This document shows positions 1-8,069 of a stretch of DNA of 64,000 nt, piece after piece. The DNA comes from Chitinophaga pinensis. GTDB lineage: Bacteria > Bacteroidota > Bacteroidia > NS11-12g > UBA955. The stretch spans positions 1,288 to 65,287 of the forward strand of contig CAMDDG010000008.1 of the NCBI GenBank assembly GCA_945890895.1, in the 5' to 3' direction. The notes under the pieces were generated by a model. That model had not been told where the DNA came from. It was given only the letters and a program-made list of their open reading frames with translations, and searched no databases. The position numbers and the translations under genes are program-made. How positions within the stretch are numbered: the first letter of the stretch is position 1; every line of letters starts with the position of its first letter.

Positions 1-793
1 GTGCTTTGAAATTTTGAACCATCGCTTTGAAATGATAGCGGTCTGTCTGGGGAATGGGTTTGATGAATGGGATCGACATCGGGTATTCTTCTTTCAAGAC
101 GAGGCTCGCACGCAGGCTCATGTGGATTTCGACTTCGTGGTTTAAAGACTTCCCCTGAAACCCAAAAATATCCGGTTGGTGAAATTCGTGTTGCAATTCA
201 TAGACCATCGGTGATTCGAGAACTTCCACGCTTCCCATGCGTTCGATGTTGAAGTATTTGTTTTCCTGTGAACTCACTTCAAACGCTGAAACCGACTCGT
301 AGTTATCCGTGAAGCACATGGGTTCAACAATTCGGTCGGTAACCGTTTGGCTATTGGCGGAGGAGTAGCTTTTTATCAAAAGTTGTTTTCTATCTAGAAT
401 GGCGAGGGAAATCTGCTCGACAATTTGTCCCAAGTGTGCTTTAAACATCAAATTCGAACTCACTTGCAATTCACTGGATTGGTAAATTTTATTTAAAACG
501 CTTTCGGATAAGGCATTGGCTTTGCCGGTTGTTCGGATGAGTTTCTCTAAAAAGTCGAATTCTTGAGGGGTAAAAGGCATGTTTTCAATATTTCCGGAGG
601 AAGGAATCCACATTCGATTTACGGAGTCTCTTTCTACTTTGAATCCCAAATCTTTCAACATGTCGATATATCTATAAACGGTTCGCTCGGAAGTATTTAG
701 AAATTGCATGATACTTTTGATCGATTTTGGGGGACGAGCGCGCAGGTAATTTATAAGCTGAAAAACCCGATAAATCCGATTTTGATTGTACAT
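1..793 (-). CDS. WYL-domain transcriptional regulator (winged HTH + WYL), N-terminal 264 codons only; the C-terminus runs off the left window edge
   Basis: Absent from the ORF track because there is no in-window stop. Manual reverse-strand translation from the ATG (complement of 791-793) gives MYNQNRIYRVFQLINYLRARPPKSIKSIMQFLNTSERTVYRYIDMLKDLGFKVERD (DeoR/HTH_11-like wHTH), then QLLIKSYSSANSQTVTDRIVEPMCFTDNYESVSAFEVSSQENKYFNIERM (WYL-domain pattern). The frame stays open to position 1. Confidence 0.75.
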   Translation of the reverse strand, partial: MYNQNRIYRVFQLINYLRARPPKSIKSIMQFLNTSERTVYRYIDMLKDLGFKVERDSVNRMWIPSSGNIENMPFTPQEFDFLEKLIRTTGKANALSESVLNKIYQSSELQVSSNLMFKAHLGQIVEQISLAILDRKQLLIKSYSSANSQTVTDRIVEPMCFTDNYESVSAFEVSSQENKYFNIERMGSVEVLESPMVYELQHEFHQPDIFGFQGKSLNHEVEIHMSLRASLVLKEEYPMSIPFIKPIPQTDRYHFKAMVQNFKA

Positions 794-803
794 GTAAAAA
801 TAG

Positions 804-861
804 TTTGCCAAATAAAGTCAAAGTGGTAATAGAATCCAAGTGTTTGACCCTATTTGGCAAA
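804..861. promoter_or_regulatory. Perfect 11-bp inverted repeat TTTGCCAAATA (804-814) / TATTTGGCAAA (851-861), 36-nt spacer; candidate operator for the adjacent WYL regulator
   Basis: Read directly from the sequence. It lies in the ~108-bp divergent intergenic region between the WYL regulator start (793) and the ATG at 902. Confidence 0.4.
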
Positions 862-901
862 ATCATTTCATAACCTTGCTAGAATAATATCAAGAATACT
901 T

Positions 902-1363
902 ATGAAAACGACACACATTTACTTGTTCATTTCAATTTTTGCATTTTTTGCAACTAAAAGTCTTCAATCACAACATGAAATTCCGGAAAAGAACGACAAT
1001 GTAATCACAATAATTGCAGAAAAGGATGAAATGTCGAATTTTGACAATTTTGGAAAACATCTTATCGATAATGGTTACGCCTTTGCAAGCATTGATCGGA
1101 CATTCAAAACTATTTCAACCGAAGAAAGAGTTTCTGAAGGTGGGTACAAGCATAAACTTAATATTACTTTCAAAGACTCGATTATAACAATTAGAGCCAC
1201 ATGCAACATGTTAATGTTTGGGAGTAGCATAGGGAACTACCAAACAACATGGATTGATTGGAAATATGCAAGATATCGAGGTAATATTTACAATCTTCAC
1301 TACCGAGCATTTATTCCAGTAATTACTAGCTACAATAAACCGGTTCTTTATTACAACAGGTAA
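902..1363 (+). CDS. Hypothetical small secreted protein (153 aa) with an N-terminal signal peptide
   Basis: ORF track 854..1363. The internal ATG at 902 gives MKTTHIYLFISIFAFFATKSLQSQ, a signal-peptide-like hydrophobic N-terminus. I recognise no domain. Confidence 0.55.
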   Translation: MKTTHIYLFISIFAFFATKSLQSQHEIPEKNDNVITIIAEKDEMSNFDNFGKHLIDNGYAFASIDRTFKTISTEERVSEGGYKHKLNITFKDSIITIRATCNMLMFGSSIGNYQTTWIDWKYARYRGNIYNLHYRAFIPVITSYNKPVLYYNR

Positions 1364-1429
1364 TAAAAATCCAACCATTTTCTCAAACTAATTTCCTAAA
1401 TTACAACTCCTTAAAATCTACCACACAGC

Positions 1430-2596
1430 ATGAAAAGATACATTGAAATCGTTTACGACAACAGCGGGAGTATGAACAACTTAGTTGGAAAAAAGTTGAA
1501 ATACGAAATAGCACAAGAGTTATTTGAGCAGGAAATTCTTCCCACGATTGGTTTACCCGATGATAAGGTGGTGTTGCGTTTGTTGAGAATGGAGTGCACA
1601 AGTTCTTTTTCGAGGGCAGAAATTTTATCGAATCAACGCGATGAAATGCTACGTCGCATCAAGGCCATTACTCATGATCAATCTACGCCCTTGTTTCACA
1701 CGGTTTATGATGCGATTCAAGCGTGCAAAAACACTCCGGCAGATGAGCACTTGATTTTTGTGTTGACCGATGGCGATGATACTTGTGGGGTAAAGATTGA
1801 GCAATTAATTGATGCCGACACCTTAAAGAAATACGTCCGTTTCTACAAAGTGCTGCTGGTGCAATTGGCGGTAACATCCCACATAAGTCGCAACAATTTA
1901 ACGGCGTTCACCAACGCACTGGGCGGACGAGCCATTTCGTTGGATGGAACGGATTCCCTTCCCCAGATGCGGAAAAAACTAAGTAAGGCGCTGACGATTT
2001 CAGGATTTTCAAGTCAATTTCCATTGGAGCATTGCTTCGACAGTTTACCTACAAAAAATAGTACTTGGGAAGAGGTAGAAAGTTCAGGAATGAGTTATCA
2101 TCAAGCCCTATTGTTGTTTCAAAAAGGGTTTCTCACGTGGTTGCCTGTGTGGAGCACGCCGGTGAAGTCGCTTCAACTGGCGGAATTGAAATTCTTGAAT
2201 TCCTTGGTGTTCAAAAGCGCTATGCCGGAGGATTTGGTTCGCACGATGTTGTCGCAATTAAAGAAACCGTATTACTATTCATTCGATTGTATTTTTTGGG
2301 ATTTTGAAGCTGCTCGATGGAAGTATTTCATCCCCCAAAACAAGATAGATCAATTGCCCAACGACGAAGCGCGGTGGGATGATGTGCCGGAAAAGGGTAG
2401 GATGGCTGATAGTCAGTTTTTAGAAAAGCCGGATTATAGCGAAAGCTACACGGAAGACGACTTGTACAGAGTCGAAGAGCAATCAACACTCAGAACAACT
2501 TTTAAACTGGTGCGAGAGGGTGCGGCAATATTTGACCGCAAAATGAAAACGATCATTCTCGAGCCTGGCGATCGGGTAGTGTTTAAGGGGAGGTGA
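1430..2596 (+). CDS. von Willebrand factor A (vWA) domain protein with an intact MIDAS motif and a ~200-aa C-terminal region of unknown function
   Basis: The N-terminus IEIVYDNSGSM carries D-x-S-x-S. Downstream QSTPLF and LIFVLTDGDDTCG complete a MIDAS-type vWA fold. No signal peptide. I could not assign residues ~190-388. Confidence 0.8.
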   Translation: MKRYIEIVYDNSGSMNNLVGKKLKYEIAQELFEQEILPTIGLPDDKVVLRLLRMECTSSFSRAEILSNQRDEMLRRIKAITHDQSTPLFHTVYDAIQACKNTPADEHLIFVLTDGDDTCGVKIEQLIDADTLKKYVRFYKVLLVQLAVTSHISRNNLTAFTNALGGRAISLDGTDSLPQMRKKLSKALTISGFSSQFPLEHCFDSLPTKNSTWEEVESSGMSYHQALLLFQKGFLTWLPVWSTPVKSLQLAELKFLNSLVFKSAMPEDLVRTMLSQLKKPYYYSFDCIFWDFEAARWKYFIPQNKIDQLPNDEARWDDVPEKGRMADSQFLEKPDYSESYTEDDLYRVEEQSTLRTTFKLVREGAAIFDRKMKTIILEPGDRVVFKGR

Positions 2597-2839
2597 TTGG
2601 GTGAATTGTTGATGGATTGGTGTAATTACCTAGTTTCGCTTCAATTGATCATAGTAATTTGCTAAACATTTTATTATATTTACATTCTGTCAAAAAGTAT
2701 CTGTGTAACTGAAAGTAAAGCGGTTTCTGACCATTTCGTTGACGTCACCAAAATGGTCAAGCATATTTCCAACATTTTTCAGAAGGCGAATTGATGGAAT
2801 AAGTGGTATGTCGGAATATCCGACGAACCACTTAACACG

Positions 2840-3037
2840 TTGCGATTGGGGGAGTTGGGTGTGGATTCAAAGGAGTTCGCTATTCGCGCTGAAATACCCG
2901 AAGAAATGGTTGTTGCCATTCTAAAAGGCAACAGTAGCATTAATACTGAAATAGCAATGCAGTTTGAGCGGGTTCTGAAAATACCTGTACATTTCTGGTT
3001 AAACATGCAGAGAAGTTATGATGAATTTTATGAATGA
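2840..3037 (+). CDS. HigA-family XRE HTH antitoxin-like protein, possibly N-terminally truncated or a pseudogene
   Basis: LGVDSKEFAIRAEIPEEMVVAILKGNSSINTEIAMQFERVLKIPVHFWLNMQRSYD matches the HigA/VapI pattern (..EFA...gv....is.i..G.r.it...A..l...l......fWlnlQ..yd). The frame is open from 2795, but the only in-frame start is TTG at 2840. No HigB-like toxin ORF lies upstream. Confidence 0.45.
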   Translation: MRLGELGVDSKEFAIRAEIPEEMVVAILKGNSSINTEIAMQFERVLKIPVHFWLNMQRSYDEFYE

Positions 3038-3102
3038 GATATCATTCAAAATAATGAATATTGGATATTATAAACGATAAATCATTCAAAAATTAGTATG
3101 CA

Positions 3103-3246
3103 ATGACCGATCAAACTATTGCTTCATAAATTGGGGCGTTTGTAAAGCATCATCGGTTGGAGCAAAATAAAACACAGGATGTTTTATCCAAAGAAGCAGG
3201 TATTAGTCGGTCAACCACGAGTTTGAGTGATTTTGATGGAAATTGA
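3103..3246 (+). pseudogene. Remnant of an XRE-family HTH gene with an in-frame TAA and a premature end
   Basis: Manual translation gives MTDQTIAS*IGAFVKHHRLEQNKTQDVLSKEAGISRSTTSLSDFDGN*. The TAA is at 3127-3129. The sequence after it has the typical XRE helix-turn-helix pattern (R...N.TQ..L....GIS.S..S..E.G). Confidence 0.4.
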
Positions 3247-3258
3247 AATTGAAAAATT

Positions 3259-3290
3259 GTCGCAAATATTTACTAAATTTGCGACAAAAT
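3259..3290 (+). promoter_or_regulatory. abiEi promoter/operator: palindrome GTCGCAAAT-N9-ATTTGCGAC whose right arm contains a Bacteroidota -7 box TAAATTTG (3274-3281)
   Basis: Read directly. It lies 16 nt upstream of the abiEi ATG (3306). A near-identical copy occurs at 4956-4987. Confidence 0.5.
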
Positions 3291-3305
3291 AAAAACAAAA
3301 TAGCA

Positions 3306-3914
3306 ATGCAAAGTATTGAAAATCAAATAGAAAAATCCATAAAATGCAAACCAAGGGGTGTTTTGATTTTTCCGGGTGATTTCTTGCATTTGGGTACGTC
3401 AACGGCTGTTCATAAATCATTAGAGCGACTGGAAGGTAAGAATGTCATTATTCGAGTAGCACAAGGTATTTACGTTCGTCCTAAAATCAGTAAATTAATC
3501 GGTTCGTTGACACCTTCAGCAGAAGAAGTGGCAGAGGCAATAGCGAAGCGAGATAAAATACGTACGGTACCTACGGGAAGCTACGCTTTAAATGCCTTAG
3601 GATTAAGTACGCAGGTTCCAATGAACATTGTATTGTTAACGGATGGTTCACCACGTGTTATTAAAATAGGTAAAAGAACTATTAAATTCAAAAAAACAAC
3701 ACCTAAGAATTTATTAGTAAAAGGTAGGATTAGTAGCCTGGCAATACAAGCGTTAAAAGAGATTGGACGTGGAAGAGTAACTGAAAGAGAAGAGAAAATA
3801 CTATTAGAATCACTTAAGAAAGAAGAAGAGAAAAATCTGATTCATGACATCGCTTTGGCTCCAGTTTGGATTCAACGAATAATGAAAAAAGCACTAACTG
3901 ATGGCCAAGATTGA
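3306..3914 (+). CDS. abiEi: Type IV toxin-antitoxin system antitoxin AbiEi
   Basis: GVLIFPGDFLHLGTSTAVHKSLERLEGKNVIIRVAQGIYVRP matches the N-terminal AbiEi pattern. It overlaps the downstream AbiEii gene by 14 nt. The ATG at 3306 is preferred over the track TTG at 3243, which lies upstream of the -7 box. Confidence 0.8.
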   Translation: MQSIENQIEKSIKCKPRGVLIFPGDFLHLGTSTAVHKSLERLEGKNVIIRVAQGIYVRPKISKLIGSLTPSAEEVAEAIAKRDKIRTVPTGSYALNALGLSTQVPMNIVLLTDGSPRVIKIGKRTIKFKKTTPKNLLVKGRISSLAIQALKEIGRGRVTEREEKILLESLKKEEEKNLIHDIALAPVWIQRIMKKALTDGQD

Positions 3915-4944
3915 TTTTTATAAAATAGACGAATCCGAGAAAAGAGCTATTTTTACGGAAATTGCTACCCAAACAGGAATGAAACCTTTTGCCGTTGAAA
4001 AGGACTGGTGGGTAAGTCGAACCTTAGAGATTATTTTTCAAATGCCAATCTCAAAACACCTTGTCTTTAAAGGTGGTACATCATTGAGTAAAGCTTGGAA
4101 ACTTATAAACCGCTTTTCAGAAGATATTGACCTGGCAATTGATAAAGAGTTTTTTGAAGAATATCAAGGCAATATTTCGAAGACTCAAATTGGTAAACTC
4201 AGAAAAGTAGCAGGCGAATACACGACTGGAACATTCTTCAAAGAATTGAAACTAGAATTTGAAATCAGAGGATTTGCTGGACTAAATTTTCAATTTATAA
4301 AAACAAATGATAGTGATCAAGATCCAAGAGTTTTGGAAATTTACTATCCCAATGTTATAAAAACAGAGACCGAATATCTTTTGCCAAGAGTTCAGATTGA
4401 GGTAAGTTGTCGATCATTAAGAGAACCATTTACAATCAAGACTTTCGGTTCTTTCGTTGATGAATTTTATGCAGATCAAGATTTCGCGGAACCATTATTT
4501 CAATTACCGACAGTGAATGCAGAACGTACATTTTTAGAGAAAATGTTTTTGTTACATGAAGAATTTCATCGGCCGTTAAATAAAATGCGTGTCGATAGAT
4601 TGAGTCGTCATTTATATGATATTTACCATTTAAGTAAAGCCGGAGTAGCTGAAAAAGCCATAAATAATAAAGAGTTATACGAGATTATTGTAGCCCATCG
4701 ATACAAGTTTTCTAGAGTCGGCGAAGTAGATTATAATCTTCACAACCCTTTAATGCTAAATCCGATTCCTCCTGAAAGCGTTATATCACAATGGGAAGAA
4801 GATTATACTAAAATGAAAGAAGAAATGATATTTGATGAGATCAAACCCAATTTTAATGAGTTGATAAACAATCTACAAAATCTGAGGTTGCTTTTAAACC
4901 AAGTTGAATGGGTCTATGAACTTGAATTTCCCTTAAAGAATTAA
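3901..4944 (+). CDS. abiEii: Nucleotidyltransferase toxin AbiEii/AbiGii (DUF1814 family)
   Basis: HLVFKGGTSLSKAWKLINRFSEDIDLAI is the hallmark AbiEii motif (KGGTaL...RfSeDiD). The 347-aa length and operon position after AbiEi fit. Confidence 0.85.
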   Translation: MAKIDFYKIDESEKRAIFTEIATQTGMKPFAVEKDWWVSRTLEIIFQMPISKHLVFKGGTSLSKAWKLINRFSEDIDLAIDKEFFEEYQGNISKTQIGKLRKVAGEYTTGTFFKELKLEFEIRGFAGLNFQFIKTNDSDQDPRVLEIYYPNVIKTETEYLLPRVQIEVSCRSLREPFTIKTFGSFVDEFYADQDFAEPLFQLPTVNAERTFLEKMFLLHEEFHRPLNKMRVDRLSRHLYDIYHLSKAGVAEKAINNKELYEIIVAHRYKFSRVGEVDYNLHNPLMLNPIPPESVISQWEEDYTKMKEEMIFDEIKPNFNELINNLQNLRLLLNQVEWVYELEFPLKN

Positions 4945-4955
4945 CAGAATAATCT

Positions 4956-4987
4956 GTCGCAATTTTTTACCAAATTTGCGACAAAAT
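4956..4987 (+). repeat. Second copy (29/32 identical) of the abiE palindromic element GTCGCAAtT-N9-ATTTGCGACAAAAT
   Basis: Hand alignment to 3259-3290 shows 3 mismatches. One changes the TA of the -7 box to CA. It sits between the convergent stops of abiEii (4944) and the 960-aa gene (5012) and could also act as a terminator hairpin. Confidence 0.6.
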
Positions 4988-5011
4988 TTCCATCAAATTC
5001 CCTTCAAACCC

Positions 5012-7894
5012 CTACTTACCAAAGTACTTTTCAAAGTCAATCGGCTCGCCGGTGATGCTCTCGTAAATGGCATTCATCGATTCCATTGATGCCTGTTGCT
5101 CTTCGCCAGTTTTCGCATTGCGCAACATGCCCGCATTGTACCAAGCTCGCATCTGAGTTTCGTCTTTCAACATCTGAAACGCCTGAGCACCCAATAAATA
5201 ACAACGCGATTCCAACGGATTGTTTTTTACGCCTTCGCTCGCCATTTCTACCGCGCCGTAATAGTCGTTCTTCAGCAATAACGCCTGTCCTTTCATTAAA
5301 TACCCTTCGGAATCCTTGGGACGAGAATCGATGTATTTATCCATGATCGCAATGGCCTTGTCGGCCTTTTTCTGATCCATCGCAATTTGGTACAACATGA
5401 ATTGACTGCGACTGTTTTCCGGAAACACCGCCACACTCTGATTCAACCAGTATTCAGCACTGTCGGCCTGGCCCAAATTCGCGTAGGTCGATCCCAAATA
5501 GAACATTACTTCGCTGGATTTGTTGTCGATTTTCAAGTATGACGACATCTTCGCAATAGCTACTTTCATTTTGTTTTCGGGGGATGTTAGACTGCTGTCC
5601 GCGGTAGCGGGTTGTGTCACAATCGAAATTCCCTCGTAATCCAAAGTCGAAGGACGTTTAATTACGCATCCCATGGCCTTATCGGAAACCGTAGGAGCGA
5701 ACACCGTTCCCACAGGAGGGAACATATTGTTTTTCAAACGGAATTGGTCGAAATAAGCATTGTAGAAAATGGCATAGTCCCAGTTTTTCGAAGAACGATC
5801 GTCGTAACGGGTGTAACCCACGTGAACGTTGGGGTATTTCCGGAAATAATATCGAACTTGATCCATTCCGTAAGTAAGGATTTCGTATTTTTTGCTGGGA
5901 TTTTTTTGGATTTCGTTTTCGATTAACCATTCGCAGCTGGGGCGAAGGCTGGCCAAGTAGTAATCCATTTCGTATTCGCCGTAAGCACCTTCAACACCGC
6001 CTTGAATTTCGTTGAAATACACGTAGCTCAATTCTTGGTTTTTGGCAATAAACGTAGCAGGCAATAAGGTAAATCCAACCGCAAGAATAGCTCCAGCTGG
6101 AAGTTTGGGCGTCAACCAATTCTGAATTTTGTAGTAACCCAAAATGGCCATAATGGCAAAACTGGGTAGGGTGAACAGAATGTGGCGCAATCCCCCGTAA
6201 ACCGAAGAACCCTGATAATATATGTAGAATACTGGGAAAACGGCAGAGAAGATCAAAATGAAGTCTTCCAAGGTAAATTCCTTGCGTTTAATGATGGAAA
6301 TAATTACCCAAACCGCTAAGCCGAATAATATCCCCAAAGGCAAAGTAATCCATAAATATTTCACTAAATAGTGGGAGGGAAGATTGTCGCTATCGTAGAG
6401 TTTTCCTTCGAACATCTGACGAAGGCTCACTTGGTAATTAGTAAACGCATCGAGTGCTTTCTTGGAATTGGTGATGGGCGCATCCCAACCGTATGGCCAA
6501 ACGTACACACCTAAAATATATCCCAGAACGGCAATTAACATAAATATACCGATCCACGTTTGAAAACCCGTCCATTTGAATTTGATGAATTGAGGCAGAG
6601 ACACTTTTTGAATGAATTTCAATCCCATGTACAAGCCGATGATGGCAATGGAAAGCAGTCCTCCGATACGAATGGATATCCCCAAAGCCAGAGAAAAAAC
6701 CAAACCGGCCAATGTGCTCAAGCTATAATTGGGGAACGATTGGTATAATTTAATGGCGTAGTAAAGCGACATGATGTAGCCCAACGCAAAAGGAACGTCT
6801 TTGGGATTATTCAGCGCTTCTCCGAACATTCGGGGGATAAAGAATACCACAATGAGCGCCACAGTAGCCCATAACCAAGATCCTTTAGTAAGTCTACGAA
6901 CAGTAGCGGCACTATAAAGAACGATCAGGAATCCGAACACGGCATTCCAAAAATGGCGTAATCCCATATAATCTTCTGCACCGGATAGGTGTGCCATGAT
7001 GGCGGTGAAGGTATCAAAACTGGAACCGTATAAGTGCATCAAACGATCGGGATCTTCGATTTTAGCGGCAGAGTTGCCATTTACCGCGTATTCACGGGCA
7101 ACGGTAACCATTTTTTGTCCCTTAAGTGCATTGGTATCAATGGGAATATCGATTCCGAAAGCACCGAAGCGGTCGTTGGCAATGAGTTTAGCGTATTCGT
7201 ACTGAACGAATTCATCGCCGGAGATCCCAGCTTTTTTGCTGGTTTGCGTAATGAACAAAAAGGCAAAAGCGGCCAATGCGATGAACGCCCATTTGAATGG
7301 ATTTTTATTCGCGGTAAAATAGAATTTTACGGCATTGGAAATGCGATTTTTCCAAGATTCGAGGGGTTTAAGTTTGAGTGGTTCTTTGGAATCGATGGAA
7401 ATCAGGTGTTCGGTGGCACCGGTTTTTTCTACATTATATAGGAGTTGAGAAATATCGGTAGCGTGGGTGTTTTGAGCAACAAGATCTTGGAGGCAAGATT
7501 TGTTTAGAAGCAACATGCTGGTGGCTTCGCGCTTCACGTTTACGCCGGTTATTATTCGATTAAAGATGTTATTGGGTTTGTATTCAGTAACCAAATGGTA
7601 TTGACTCTTTGAAGTAGCGGATTTCCAGAGGTCGGAGTTGATGGTTTTATTTAAAATGTTTGATTTTTGTATTTGGGATGCAGGAGCGATTAAGAAATGC
7701 GTGTAATTCTGGTTGGTTGCTTCTGCTATGCCCTGCCAGCCGGTTTTTTCTGAAACGGAAGCAAAATTGGGCAACTTGACGGAAGAAGGTGTATCGTTGG
7801 ATGTTGATGCATTCAACGGATCCAAGGAAATAATTAATAGGTTGAAATCGTTGGAATTATCAGATTTTGCGTTGCTTTTAGATGTATTTTGCAT
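5012..7894 (-). CDS. Large polytopic membrane protein, GT-C-like (PMT/ArnT-like) glycosyltransferase core with C-terminal TPR repeats and a ~195-aa soluble N-terminal extension
   Basis: 960 aa. More than 10 hydrophobic helices lie between residues ~195 and 640. The C-terminal ~150 aa have TPR-like periodicity (YLGSTYANLGQADSAEYWLNQS..., YLMKGQALLLKNDYYGAVE...). The family assignment is by architecture only. Confidence 0.5.
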   Translation of the reverse strand: MQNTSKSNAKSDNSNDFNLLIISLDPLNASTSNDTPSSVKLPNFASVSEKTGWQGIAEATNQNYTHFLIAPASQIQKSNILNKTINSDLWKSATSKSQYHLVTEYKPNNIFNRIITGVNVKREATSMLLLNKSCLQDLVAQNTHATDISQLLYNVEKTGATEHLISIDSKEPLKLKPLESWKNRISNAVKFYFTANKNPFKWAFIALAAFAFLFITQTSKKAGISGDEFVQYEYAKLIANDRFGAFGIDIPIDTNALKGQKMVTVAREYAVNGNSAAKIEDPDRLMHLYGSSFDTFTAIMAHLSGAEDYMGLRHFWNAVFGFLIVLYSAATVRRLTKGSWLWATVALIVVFFIPRMFGEALNNPKDVPFALGYIMSLYYAIKLYQSFPNYSLSTLAGLVFSLALGISIRIGGLLSIAIIGLYMGLKFIQKVSLPQFIKFKWTGFQTWIGIFMLIAVLGYILGVYVWPYGWDAPITNSKKALDAFTNYQVSLRQMFEGKLYDSDNLPSHYLVKYLWITLPLGILFGLAVWVIISIIKRKEFTLEDFILIFSAVFPVFYIYYQGSSVYGGLRHILFTLPSFAIMAILGYYKIQNWLTPKLPAGAILAVGFTLLPATFIAKNQELSYVYFNEIQGGVEGAYGEYEMDYYLASLRPSCEWLIENEIQKNPSKKYEILTYGMDQVRYYFRKYPNVHVGYTRYDDRSSKNWDYAIFYNAYFDQFRLKNNMFPPVGTVFAPTVSDKAMGCVIKRPSTLDYEGISIVTQPATADSSLTSPENKMKVAIAKMSSYLKIDNKSSEVMFYLGSTYANLGQADSAEYWLNQSVAVFPENSRSQFMLYQIAMDQKKADKAIAIMDKYIDSRPKDSEGYLMKGQALLLKNDYYGAVEMASEGVKNNPLESRCYLLGAQAFQMLKDETQMRAWYNAGMLRNAKTGEEQQASMESMNAIYESITGEPIDFEKYFGK

Positions 7895-8012
7895 AGCTGA
7901 ATAGTGGTTGATATAGTTGAGTTTGGAGGCGAAGATACACGTTTTTGAAACAATTCGTAAACCCCGGATTTAAAGAAATGATTAATGTATGTAACCCATT
8001 CATTTAAAAACT

Positions 8013-8042
8013 TTTGTTTTTGAATTATTTGTTCTAATTTTG
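8013..8042 (+). promoter_or_regulatory. Bacteroidota sigma-A type promoter for rpsA: TTTG (8013-8016) - N18 - TAATTTTG (8035-8042)
   Basis: Both elements were read directly. The spacing matches the published -33/-7 consensus for Bacteroidetes. Confidence 0.5.
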
Positions 8043-8069
8043 CGCCACCTAAAAGGAGGAAATGTTAAA

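Noticed and set aside
67-252. 61-aa plus-strand ORF from the track at the left edge
   Set aside because: It lies antisense to, and entirely inside, the much longer open WYL-regulator frame, which has clear HTH and WYL patterns. It is a shadow ORF.
2739-3006. Track ORFs 2739-2924 (+) and 2779-3006 (-) in the HigA-like region
   Set aside because: Neither translation shows any motif. The frame with the recognisable HTH pattern is the one ending at 3037.
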